64,000 nucleotides of DNA from the human T2T-CHM13v2.0 reference genome, Homo sapiens. Where the stretch lies: the NCBI RefSeq assembly GCF_009914755.1, contig NC_060929.1; one strand, written 5' to 3'. The position numbers were made by a program, and so were the translations under genes. The notes beneath the pieces are model-generated. The model saw nothing but the letters and a program-made list of their open reading frames with translations. It was not told the DNA's origin and ran no database searches. Of this stretch, positions 15,830-27,868 are shown piece after piece (positions within the stretch are counted from its first letter, which is position 1; each line of letters starts with the position of its first letter).

Positions 15830-16030
15830 ATGCCATAGACTATTCTAGTACATATATTGTATTTTTTAAAAATCCTTATAATAACCCTACAAAATCACTC
15901 TTCACCTGCTGCAAATGAGAAAACTCTGGAACACAGGTTGTAAATAATCTGACCAGGACCAGCATTTTAATAGAAGGTGGAATCAGGATTCTGGACCAAG
16001 GAGTTTGAATCTAGAAGCTGAACTCTGAAT
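15830..16030 (-). mobile_element. MIR
   Basis: aatccttataataaccctac...gcaaatgagaaaact...ggttgtaaataatctgaccagg. Confidence 0.6.
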
Positions 16031-17014
16031 TCATAAGTTGTACTTATATCCCAGGATGTAAAATGACATAGATCAGTTCTGAGTGGAAAATATGGAAACA
16101 AGAACAACATGTTTAAATATAATTCCCCCTTTTTAACCTGCCATTGGAAAAAGAAAGCGAGCTGTTGATTGATTGGTTCCCTTTTCTCACTCAAGGTATT
16201 TTATCAAAAAATAACTCAGCTGGCTGGATCTATAAAAGTCAGTTCCAAAATATGTTCTGTCTTTTCCTATTCACAGGAAGCTACTTACACTGCTTTACTG
16301 CTAACAAATCAAAAATTGGTCTCAGACAAACAGTCGGCCAGAAAACATCCTTCTTCCTTTTTAGCCAGAGAGTGAGGTATGGAGTATTGATTCTTCCATA
16401 CAATCCAACTAAATCTTATAGTCAAATCTTATGTGATATAGCAAAATTTAAAGATACCTTCTTTATATACAACGATTGTGGCTCAGCAGGTGATAAAAAG
16501 TCATTTTCATTAGTGATTACGGAAAGGGATGTTTGTGCCTTACTGTAATAATACCTCAACTGTCAGCAGGATAATTATTAGTGTGGACCCATCATTTTCT
16601 CTTTCACAACAACTAATGGTCCGTGAGGCCGGCAGCTTAGACCTGCCACAGACAACTGCAGTTGCTGAATATTTTTTCCTCTGACGTCTTCAGATGGCGA
16701 AGTTGGGATGGTGGGTGGGGGAAGAAAAGGAATATAAAACAAAGGAAAATCAGAAAACATGAGATATTCTTTCCCAAATATCCTCTTTTAGGTTTCAGAA
16801 ATAGTTTGTGCCTAGTCTGGGTCTTCTGTCTGCCACTATTTTGTTAAACTTACTTATTCAAGGTAAAGAGTCAGGCCTCTGAGACACCTGATGAGTTTTG
16901 TAAGTAAATTCAGGCAGTGCATTGAAACCCTACTGAAAATATGCAGCCGTGGGAGTGTCTTATTCTATGATATCCACCTTATTTTTTTTATAAGGACACC
17001 ATCTGGTTCCTACT

Positions 17015-17251
17015 AAAGTGGGAGCAAAACTTTGAGCACACATGGACATAAATATGGGAATAATAGACACTGTGGACTAGTAGAGAGTGGAGAGGAAAAG
17101 GTGGGTTAAAAAACTACCTATCAGGTACTGTGCTCACTGCCAGGGTGACAGGATCCCTGCTCCAAACTCCAGCATCATGCGATATTCCCATGCATCAAAT
17201 CTATACATGTACCCACTCTATCTAAAAGTTACAACTAAAAATAAAATAAAA
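17015..17251 (+). mobile_element. L1PA16/17-like 3' end
   Basis: aagtgggagcaaaac...aaaaactacctatcaggtactgtgctcactg...acatgtacccac, then A-rich tail. Confidence 0.85.
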
Positions 17252-17689
17252 TTTCAGGTAAAAGAAATAAAATGCTTAGGCAAAGCTTAATTTCCATTTT
17301 TAAAAAACATTATTTTTGATTATTAAATTTAATGTTATATTTCAAATATGTACTTTGTGGCTCCTCAAAGATTCCTGTTTGTTAGATCTTTCAACTTTTG
17401 ACCTCCAGTGTCTCATGGGCAGGAATGAGCAGAGAGTCCAAGACCTTGAGTTATTTCTGGAAGGACCACCACCCACTTCTCCCAACCACATTCACCTCTC
17501 ACCCCCTTTTCTGTCTTGATGCCACTAGCATTAGTTTCATTGTGGATATTAACTTTGTTTATCTTAGTCATCAAAGAAGCCCAGGACTACTGGATCTTCT
17601 TCACCCCAAACTCCTTAATTGTTAATATAACCCAATATAACCCCTTTGGTGATCCCCTACAACCATTTCCCAGGCTTTAACCAACTCCT

Positions 17690-18230
17690 CAAATCCTTCC
17701 TATTGCTCATGGAACTCCTGGCCTGTCAGCAGCAAAATCTCCAGAGGATTCATCTGTTCTCTGAGTATGCCCTTCCCTTTCTGGCTCTACAAGGAAAACA
17801 AAACTCTATGCAAGGAGTCACTGATCCCTGCAGTCCTCTCCAGTGGGAGCTTTTTCACTCCTGTAAATCTTATAACTTTGGTCTGGAGATGGGGTGTCTT
17901 CCTTACTCCCCGTGTCCACTTCCAGACAATTTACACCTCTCATTCCTTTAAACACCAGCTATGAATTTAGTAATGTCACATTGCACCACACACATTATCT
18001 CCTTGGAGTCATGTACCTAACCTTTATCACTGTCCTATACTCTGGACATTTTCCCTTCTGATGTGTGGTCACATTATGACTCTTCTTGATGCAATACTCA
18101 CAATTCAATGCCCTGAGTGTCTCAGTATCTGGATCTTCTATTTGCTAATACTCCTAGTTCTTAAGTCTATCTCAGCCCTTCACTGCCAAGGTCTTTACTT
18201 TACACATCTTCTCATAAAGAAGTGGCCAGA
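17690..18230 (+). mobile_element. Decayed L2 (endonuclease region)
   Basis: ggaactcctggcctgtcagcagcaaaatctcc...ctgttctctgagtatgcccttccctttctggctcta resembles the L2 EN start. Confidence 0.5.
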
Positions 18231-19024
18231 AAGAACTTAGGCAAATTCCTACCACAATGTCTATTCACTACCTGCATTTATGCATGAATTCATATCTTTA
18301 TAGTTTGAGTAAACTGCCCTTTCACAGAGCAATGCCTCTGCCATTGTTCTCAAACCCATTTTCCTCACCTACTCATGCACATAGTGCCAGCAGTTCTCCC
18401 GGCTGTCTCCTACGTCATCATTTTTTCTTCTCTCCTAGATAATTTCAATCAACATGGAAAATGCTTTCATTTTCCAATCTGCCTTCATTGTTACACATAT
18501 GACAATCATTCATCCTTTCCAGTGCCAGACCATAGCAGCTTGGTGCTTTAACAGAGTCAACTGAAAAAAACTCTAGTTACAGTCTTGGGAAAAATGAAGT
18601 GCACTCCTGTATTTCCATCATCTGTGTCATTCCTGGGATTGTACTCTGGTTACTTCACACCTTACTACTACTACAATTTGCTAGAAAGATACCCAGAATT
18701 TTACTCAAGACAAAGATAAATGACTGGATTAGTAAATCTGTAAAAGTTGATCAATAACAACAGATTAATAAGCAAGAAACTCTTTAAAAAAGGAAAAAAT
18801 GATATTATAATTAACCATCCCAATGTTTGCTTGGTCAGTTGCAAGCTGTTATTCCCCAAATTGACTAACTCTGTCTCCAATCAACAAACTGGCCATGAAA
18901 GAAAAACTGACACCAAGACACAGACAAAGGTTAGTCACCCCTGGGTCTCCTGTTAGATTTCTTTCATCTTCCCTAAGTTTAATTTAGTCTGTGAAATAAG
19001 TATTTTTTGCTGTTAATAAAAGAG

Positions 19025-19330
19025 AGATGGATCTCAAGAGCATTATGCTAAATAAGGGAAACCAGATTTAAAAGACTTTATGATTGCATTTACATAAAAT
19101 ATTAGAAAAAGCAAAATGATAGTGACAGCTAGCAGATCAGTGGATGCCAGGTTTTGGGTATGAGAAAGGAGACTGTAAATGTAAGAAGTGGACTTTCTGG
19201 AAGGCGGAAATATTCTACATCATGATTGTGGTGGTTGTTTTACAACTGCAGACATTTTTTTGAAAACATTGAATTGTAAAAATAAGTGAATTTTATAGTG
19301 TGTGAATTATAATTCAATAAAATCTAAAAA
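19025..19330 (+). mobile_element. L1ME 3' end fragment
   Basis: atggatctcaagagcattatgctaaat...gcagatcagtggatgccagg...gtgaattataattcaataaa. Confidence 0.75.
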
Positions 19331-19721
19331 AGTATTTTGTGAATTATATAGCCTCTGTAGAGAGTTTATCTGAAAGGATTAATTTCACCCCAACATTAAA
19401 AAATTTCCAAGAATCTGTGTACTATACAATAACAAAAACAGTTGTCTCTTAGTCAAATATCAGATATATGTACATTTCACTCCAAAATAAATTATAATAA
19501 TTTCATCTTTTACAATAAAAATTATATAATCAACACTTGATACATTTATTTTATAAAAATATACATTTAAAATTTTAGTTTTTAATACATTTCATATTTT
19601 TATTGGTTGCTAATAAAGTGTCCTAAAAAAGTAACAAGGCATTCTTGTATTTTCTAAAACTCAAGATAAAATATTTATACTAATAATTTCTATTCAAATT
19701 TCCAAAATTCAGCTCTACTTG

Positions 19722-22057
19722 TGATACAGTTTGGCTCTATGTCCCCACCCAAACCTCATCCTGAATTGTAATCCCCATGTCAAGGGAGGGACCTGGTGGG
19801 AGGTGATTGGATCATTGGGGTGGTTTTCCCCATGCTGTTCTCACGATACTGAGTAAATTCTCAAGGGATCTGATGGTTTAAAAGTGTTTGTCAGTTTTCC
19901 TGCCCCTCCTGCCACCATGTAAAATATGCCTTGCTTGCCCTTCACCTTCCACCATGATTGTAAGTTTCCTGAGGCCTCCCAAGACATGTGGAACTGTGAG
20001 TCAATTAAATTTATCTTCTGTATAAACTACCCAGCCTCAGGCGGTTCTTAATAGCAGTGTGAAAACAGACAAATACAGAAAATTGGTACCAGGATAGTGA
20101 GGCACTTCTGTAAAGATAACCTGAAAATGTGGAAGCAATTTTGGAACTGGGTAATGGGCAGAGATTGGAACATTTTGGAGGGCTCAGAAGAAGACAAGAA
20201 GATGTGGGAAAGTTTGGAACTTCCTAGAGACTTCTTAAATGACTTTGATCAAAATGCTGACAGCGATATGGACAATGAAATTCAGGCTGAGGTGGTCTCC
20301 AATGGAGATGCGGAACTTCTTGGGAACTGCAGCAAAGGTGACTCTTGTTACACTTTAGCAAAGAGACTGGTGGCATTTTGCTTCTGCCCTAGAGATCTAT
20401 GGAACTTTGAACTTGAGAAAAATGATTTAGGGTATCTGGCAGAATAAATTCCTAGGCAGCAAAGCATTCAAGATGTCACTTGGCTTTTTCTGAAAGCACA
20501 TAGTCCTATGCATTCACAAAGAGATGATCTGATACTGGAACTTGTTTAAAAGAGAAGCAGAGTATAAAAGTTTGGAAAATTTGCATCCTGACCATGCAGT
20601 AGAATAGAAAAACCCGTTTTCTGGGGAGAAAATCAAGCTTTCATCTGCAGAAATTTGCATAAATAAAGGGAAGTGGAATGTTAATAGCAAAGACAATGGG
20701 GAAAATGTCTCCAGGACATTTCAGAGACCTTCATGGCAGCCCTTCCCATCAAAGGCCTGGACACATAGGAGGGAAAATGGCTTCCCAGGCCCAGGGCCTC
20801 CCTGCTGTATGCAGCCTCAGGTCATGGTGCCCTGCATCCCAGCTGCTTCAGCTCCCATTGTGGCTAGGGGAAAAAGGTGCAGCTCAGGCCATTGCTTCAG
20901 AGAGTGCAAGCCCTAAGACGTAGCAGTTTCAACATGGTGTTCAGCCTATGAGTGTGCAGAAGACAAGAGTTGAGGTTTAGAAGCCTCCACCTAGATTTCA
21001 GAGGATGTATGAAAACACCTGGATGTCCAGGCAGAAGTCTGCTGCAGACTTCTCATGAAGAACCTCTACTATGGCAGTACTGAAGGGAAATGTGGGATTA
21101 GAGGCCCCACACAGAGTCCCCACTGGGTCACTCTCCAGTGGTGTTGTGAAAAGAGGGCAACCATCCTCCAGACCTCAGATTGATAGATCCCATGGTAGCT
21201 TGCACCATGAGCCTGGAAAAGCCCCAGACACTCAACACCAGCCCATGGAAGCCACTGCAGGAGCTGTACCCTGCATAGCCACAAGGGTACAGCTGTCCAA
21301 GGCCTTAGGAGCCAACTCCTGCCTTCAGCGTGCCCTGAGTGTGTGACACAAAGTCAAAAGAGATCATTTTGAAGCTTTAAAATTTAATGAGTGCCCTGCT
21401 GGGTTTTGGACTTGCATAGGGCCTGTATCCCCTTTGTTTTGGCCAATTTCTCTCATTTGGAATGGGAACATTTATCCAAAGCCTGTAACCCCATTGTATC
21501 TTGGAAGTAACTAACATGTTTTTTATTTTACAGGCTCATAGGTGTAAGGGACTTGCCTTGCTTGTCTCAAATTAGACTTCGGACTTGGACTTTTGAGTTA
21601 GTGCTGGAATGAGTTAAGACTTTGGGGGACTGTTGGAAAGGCATGATTGTGTTTTGAAATGTGAGAAGGACATGAGATTTGGGAGGGATCAGGGGCAGAA
21701 TGATATAGTTTGGCACTGCGTCCCCACCCAAATCTCATCTCAAAGTGTAATTCCTGCATGTTGAGGAAGGGACTTGGTGGAAGGTAATTGGATCATGGAG
21801 GTGATTTCCCCTATGCTGTTTTCATAACAGTAATTGAGTTCTCACAAGATCTGATGGTTTAAAAGTGTTTGGCAGTCTCCTACTCCCTCCTACTGCCAGG
21901 TAAGATATGCCTTGCTGCCGCTTTGCCTTCTGCTGTGATTGTAAGATTCCTGAGGCTTCCCAAGTCATGTGAAATTTTGAGTCAATTAAACCTCTTTTCT
22001 TTATAACTACCCAGTCTCAGGTAGTTCTTTATAGCAGTGTAAAAATGGACTAATACA
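19722..22057 (+). mobile_element. Complete THE1D MaLR element (LTR 19722-20077, internal 20078-21700, LTR 21701-22057)
   Basis: Two TG...CA LTRs; perfect 5-bp TSD ACTTG at 19717-19721 and 22058-22062; MaLR internal ORF remnant 20097-20447 (EEDKKMWESLELPRD); polypurine tract before the 3' LTR. Confidence 0.93.
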
Positions 22058-22064
22058 ACTTGTC

Positions 22065-24392
22065 AAACGCAGAAAATGCATTTCACAAAATTAAACACCA
22101 ATCATGATATAAACACTCAGTAATCCAGAAATAGAGGTAATTTCCTCAATTAGATAAAGAGAATCTATGTAAACCAACAGCTAACATCACACTTAATGGT
22201 GAGAAACTAGATACTTTGATCCTAATACCAGGAACAAGACAAGATGTCCCCCTCACTATTTCTATATAACAACATATTGTATGTCATGGTTAATGAAATA
22301 AGGAAATAAATGGTACATTAATTGGAAAGGAAGAAACAATACTGTATGTTCACAAGTAACATAATTGTTTATGTATAATATTCCAAAGAATTAACAAAAT
22401 AAATTCCTGGAACTAATAGCAAGGTTGTAGAAAAGAAGACTTCTATATAAAAGTCAATTGCTTTCTTATACCAGCAATGAACAATTGTTAGTTAAAATTA
22501 AAAATGTAAAATTAAATTTACGTTAACAATAAAAAATTAAATAGATATGAGCATAACAAAATGTACAGAATAAATGTTAAGAAAATTATAAAACTCTAAT
22601 GAAAGAAGTCAAAGAACAATTAAATGAAGGAGATATATTCTTTGTTCCTAGATTGGAAAACTCAATATTGTTAAGATTTTAATTATTCCCATGTAGATGT
22701 ATAGATTCCATACAATCTCAATTGTAATCCCAGTAAGCTATTTTATTGATACCAACAAATTAAACCTAAGTCTATATAGAAAGACAAAAAAAAAAAAAAC
22801 AAGATTAGTTAACACTATATTTAAGAAGAGCAAAGTTGGAAGACTATAACTACCCAATTTTAAGACTCACCATAAACCTACAGTATCAAGACAGTATCAA
22901 GTGTTGAACTGGCAAAAGAATAGACAAATAAGTAAATGGAACAGAATAGAGAGCCTAAAACTAGCCCCAGTCACACATTGTCAACTCATCTTTAACAAAG
23001 GGGCAAAAACTATTCAAAGGTGAAAGATAATTTATAAATCGTGCTGGAAAAATTGAAAATATGTAGGCAAAAATAATAAATTTAGACACTTATTTTACAT
23101 CTTTCACAAAAATTAACTCATAGTGGATTGATCATTGACCAGAAATATGAAAGGTAAAACTATACTACTTCTAGAACCCAATATAGGAGAAGATCTAAGG
23201 GACCTTGAGTTTGGTGTTGAGTTTTTAGATACAATACAAAAAGTACAATCCATACAAGAAAAACATTGATAAGTTGGGCTTTATTAACTGTAAAAACTTT
23301 TCCTCTGTGAAAGACCCTGTTAGAATGAAAAGAGAAACCCAGATTGGAAGAAAGTATTTGAAAAACACAAGTCTGATAAATGAAGTGTATCTAAATATGA
23401 ACAGAACACTGTATATCTCAAAATAGCTGAGAATAAATTTCAAACTTTCAAACCCCCAAAATGATCAGCTTTTGAGGTGGTGGATGTTTTTCTTAGCTTC
23501 ATTTAATTTTTCCACATTATATTCATAAATTTTAACATTACTTAATACCCCATGAATGTATACAACTATAACTTCTCAATTTATAGTAAAATAAACTGCC
23601 AAAGTCATGAATTAAAAGAAAAACTGAGAAACTGAAAACTGGATTGGATCCTGGAATGTGAAAAGAACATCCATGTAAAAACTGGTGAAGGAAAGGAGAT
23701 TGTAAGGTTGTTACAAATACACTCTTGAGACAAACTTTAGACACGTCTAATCCCTGCAAGCCTCGGCATTTGCATTCACACTTGAGGGGCCTATATTGCT
23801 CAGTTGTAGCAAGCATCCTTCTAAGTCAATTTGGAGAGAAACCATCACCCTTGATATTGAACACCTGACTTGCTTTCAACAAGAATTCTGTCAAGTCAGT
23901 TTAGCCAGAATCCCCCATCCTCACTCCTGATATTCCCTGTAAGAACTTTTCCATCCGCTAGTCTATACCCTGCTCCTTGGGTATCCAGCCCCATCTGCCC
24001 ATGGTGTATTCAGAATTGATCCAAGTTCTATACTGAAGTTTCTTTTCCCATATTGCAATAGTTCTGGTGTAAAATATATTTTTACTACTTTACTGTCTGG
24101 CTCTGGTTTTCTTTAGCAGTTAGTAAACTATTCTGTATGATACTTAATGGTGAACCCATGACATTATGTATCCCATAGAATTGCAGAACACAAAAAGTGA
24201 ACTTTTATGTAAACTATGGTATTTAGTTACCAAAAAAGTATCAATATTGGTTCGTTAATTGTAATAAAGCTCCCACACAAGTGCAAGATATTAATAGTAG
24301 GGAAATATGTGTGCATGTGAGAGAGGGATAGATGTAATAAATCTCTGTACTGTCTACTAAATTTTTTGGTAAGTTTAAAGCTGTTCTAAAAA
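22065..24392 (+). mobile_element. L1MC (MC3-like) ORF2 RT to 3' end, fragmented and interrupted
   Basis: gcagaaaatgcatttcacaaaatt... RT-region text; 3' end gtaaactatgg...tcaatattggttc...aagctgttctaaaaa; an L1MA-type 3' piece at ~23460-23593. Confidence 0.75.
23710..24118 (+). mobile_element. MER31-like ERV1 solo LTR
   Basis: caagaattctgtcaagtcagtttagccagaatccccc...ccctgctccttgg...tattgcaatagt. Confidence 0.75.
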
Positions 24393-24952
24393 TGGTGACT
24401 CCATTGACTTATCTGGAAAAAAGCTCTTATCTTTTGATCAAGAGCTGAATTATGTATGTATGTACCCCTAATATGCAGATGTTGCATAGGCAGTTGTAGC
24501 TGGATTTCAGAAGAGGGCGCTTAGTTAGAGATAGAGATATAAGGGTTATTTAGAGCAATGACAATAAATAATCGCCAAGGCTGAAATTATAGAATGAAAG
24601 AAAACAATAGCAAGATTATTTCTGAAGAACCCCAACATTTGGAAATTGGGAACGTGAGTAGATGTGGGCAAAGTGTAAATAACATTGACTTGAGAAATAA
24701 GAGGAAAATAAGAAGAATGAGATATTAAAGTGCAGAATTGCTTATGCAAGACTTAGACTCAAGATATTTTTCTCAGTTGAAACAGGAAAAGTTATATTAT
24801 GCTATGCAGCCAGGAAAACTTCCATCAGTGTATTAGTATGTAAAATACTGTCAAATGTATGTGAAAGACAAGTAAAAATTTTCATCTTTCCCCAAAATAA
24901 TCCAACCCTAGTAAATAATTTTACCTAAGAGAAGACATACCAATTAATGATT

Positions 24953-25799
24953 GTGTGTGTGTATATATTATATATACTATATATATAGTGTATAATATAT
25001 ACACGCTATATATAGTGTATATATAGCGTGTATATATAGTGTATATATAGCGTGTATATATAGTGTATAGTGTATATATTATACACGCTATATATAGTGT
25101 ATATATAGTGTATATATTATACACGCTATATATAGTGTATATATAGTGTATATATTATACACGCTATATATAGTGTATATATAGTGTATATATTATACAC
25201 GCTATATATAGTGTATATATAGTGTATATATTATACACGCTATATATAGTGTATATATAGTGTATATATTATACACGCTATATATAGTGTATATATAGTG
25301 TATATATTATACACGCTATATATAGTGTATATATAGTGTATATATTATACACGCTATATATAGTGTATATATAGTGTATATATTATACACGCTATATATA
25401 GTGTATATATAGTGTATATATTATACACGCTATATATAGTGTATATATAGTGTATATATTATACACGCTATATATAGTGTATATATAGTGTATATATTAT
25501 ACACGCTATATATAGTGTATATATAGTGTATATATTATATATATAGTGTATATATATAAATATATTATATATATAGTGTATATATATAAATATATAGTAT
25601 ATATAGTATATATACACACTATATATATAGTATATATACACACTATATATATAGTATATATACACACTATATATAGTGTATATACACACTATATATATAG
25701 TGTATATACACACTATATATATAGTGTATATACACACTATATATATAGTGTATATATACACTATATATATAGTGTGTATATACACTATATATATATATA
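24953..25799. repeat. AT-rich VNTR: 12 copies of a 38-bp unit, then a ~22-bp unit block
   Basis: Unit tatatattatacacgctatatatagtgtatatatagtg; acacgc recurs every 38 bp from 25083 to 25501; then tatatatatagtgtatatacacac-type units from ~25610 to 25790. Confidence 0.95.
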
Positions 25800-26080
25800 G
25801 TGACAGATTCTCACTCTATTGCCCAGGCTGGAGTGCTGTGGCACGATCTCAGCTCACTGCAACTTCCGTTTCCCAGCTCAAGTGATCCTCCCACCTTAGC
25901 CTCCCAAGTAGCTGGGATTACAAGGGTGTGCCACCACGCCCAGGTAATTTTTGTATTTTTAGTAGAGATAGGGTTTTTCTATGTTGACCAGGCTGGTCTC
26001 GAACTCCTGACCTCAAGTGATCTGCCTGCCTCAGCCTCCCAAAGTGCAGGGATTACAGGGGTGAGCTACTGCACCAGGCC
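25800..26080 (-). mobile_element. AluJb/Sz whose tail position is occupied by the VNTR
   Basis: gacagattctcactctattgcccaggctgg...gcaccaggcc; no poly-T between the Alu 3' end and the VNTR. Confidence 0.9.
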
Positions 26081-27399
26081 TGCCTTAATAGTTTCTTATT
26101 TTTTTTTATTCCATAAAACTCACTATTCTTTCAAGTCCTTCAATTTTCTACCTGAAAGAAAGCGTTGGTAACTGACCTGCTTACCATAGTAAGCTCCCAA
26201 TTACTGGCTTTTCATTAACTCTATTAGTCCTTTAGACATGAACAACAAAGGAAGAGTGTGTGAAATTCTTTTGAGCTGTGTGCATTGTGTTTCAAAAATA
26301 ATCTGATGAGTTCACTCATTTATCAGTATATCACATAATAGAATACCCTTATATCTATTCCTAATTTTAAGAGTGTATGTTATATATTTTATTTGGGTTA
26401 ACTTGTTTGTGTTTAGATCTTGTGACCTCTATAGTAATAACATTAATTGAAAAAAAGTACACAGTTAAATATGTATTCTACTAAACCAGTTTCTTCAAGC
26501 AAACATTAGTAATTTGAGGTTTAAGACAACAGCTCCTTAAATTATTAAGAAGTGTGTAATACTGTAGTAAGTTATCTTTGTCTTCTTTTTGTTAACAGAC
26601 AAATAGGAACTTACATTTATGGCAAGACAAAATACTATATATACATATGTATAATAAAACTTAAATGTGTTTTGTTAAACTGGTAAACAATACATAAAAG
26701 ATTTACTTCTTATTTTTCCTCTTTAAATAAAGTAAAATATTGAATATAGTATGTAGTGCAGTATTCACAAAACCAACTGCAATGATATCTTCAAATCCTC
26801 AGGTTTCCTGAAAACCAAAAGCAGAGAAATTATGTTTTGTCTGTATTCAACTATAATTTTAATGAAAATAAAATGAAAGATATTTAGAATTAATGAAAAA
26901 TTATATCTACATCCCTGAGAAAAAGTCTTTAAATTCTCTTTCCATGTAGCAGCATGGATATCATTGGAGTGTCATTTTCAGTAAAAAATTCAATGAAATC
27001 GAAGAAAGATTGACATATGAAGAAGACCCAATAGGAAGTGAGAGAGTGAAGCCTGCATCATGTTTTTTCCCTAAACATTTCTGCCTTAGACTTGAATAAC
27101 AGACTGTCTTATGTCTGGAAAGAATGCAATAGAAAACAAGAGTAGTGCTAAAGATGAAAGCCCCCTGAGCTGTGTGAGGACAAAGATTCATCTGAAAAAT
27201 GACATGGCAGAGAAGGTGGAAGATACACTGTGATTGGACAGCATTGGCTTTAGTGACAGCAGCCATTTCTACTGCAGGCTTTCTCCAGAAGTATTTGGCT
27301 ATTTAGAGTCTGCCTGTGACACGTAGGTGGTTGGGTAAGTTCAGACTGGATTTTTAATGAGAAGGTGATGGAAAAAGAAAAAGAAACGTGTTGGGAATA

Positions 27400-27868
27400 T
27401 GTGTTAGTTTATTGTGGCTGCTGTAACAATGAGCACATGTTTTGGGGCTTAAAACAATGCACATTTATTCTTTCACAGTTATGGAGGTCAGAGTCCAAAA
27501 CCAGTCTGAAATGGGCTGAAATCAAAGTATCCGCAGGTCCACTCTCCTTTTGGAGGCTCTAGGGAAACCTGTTCCTTACTTCTTCCTGCATCTGGTGGCT
27601 GTAGGCATTCCTTGGATTTTGGCCACATCACTCTAATGTCTGCCTCTGTTGTCACATTGCCTTCTCATCTATGTGTGTCAAATCTCCCTCTCCTTTTCTT
27701 AGAATACATGCTATTGCATTTAAGGACCGCTTGGAAAATCTGGGATAAACTTCCCACCTTTAGATCCTTAACTTTATTATACCAGAAAGACACTTTTTCC
27801 AAATAAGCTAATAGTTACAGTTTCCAGGAGTTAAGTCTTGGAATCTGGGGGCCATTATTGGCCTGCAG
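27400..27868 (-). mobile_element. MLT1C/D MaLR solo LTR
   Basis: gtgttagtttattgtggctgctgtaaca...ggcttaaaacaa...ggaggctctaggg...ggggccattatt. Confidence 0.85.

Noticed and set aside
16144-16548. 134-aa ORF in unique sequence
   Set aside because: Starts at TTG, has no recognisable domain, and its length is compatible with chance
20097-21346. ORFs in the THE1 internal region
   Set aside because: Broken remnants of the MaLR internal ORF
24921-25885. Y/I-rich ORFs and CRISPR-like periodicity
   Set aside because: Translations of a TA-rich VNTR; units are contiguous with no unique spacers, and the DNA is human
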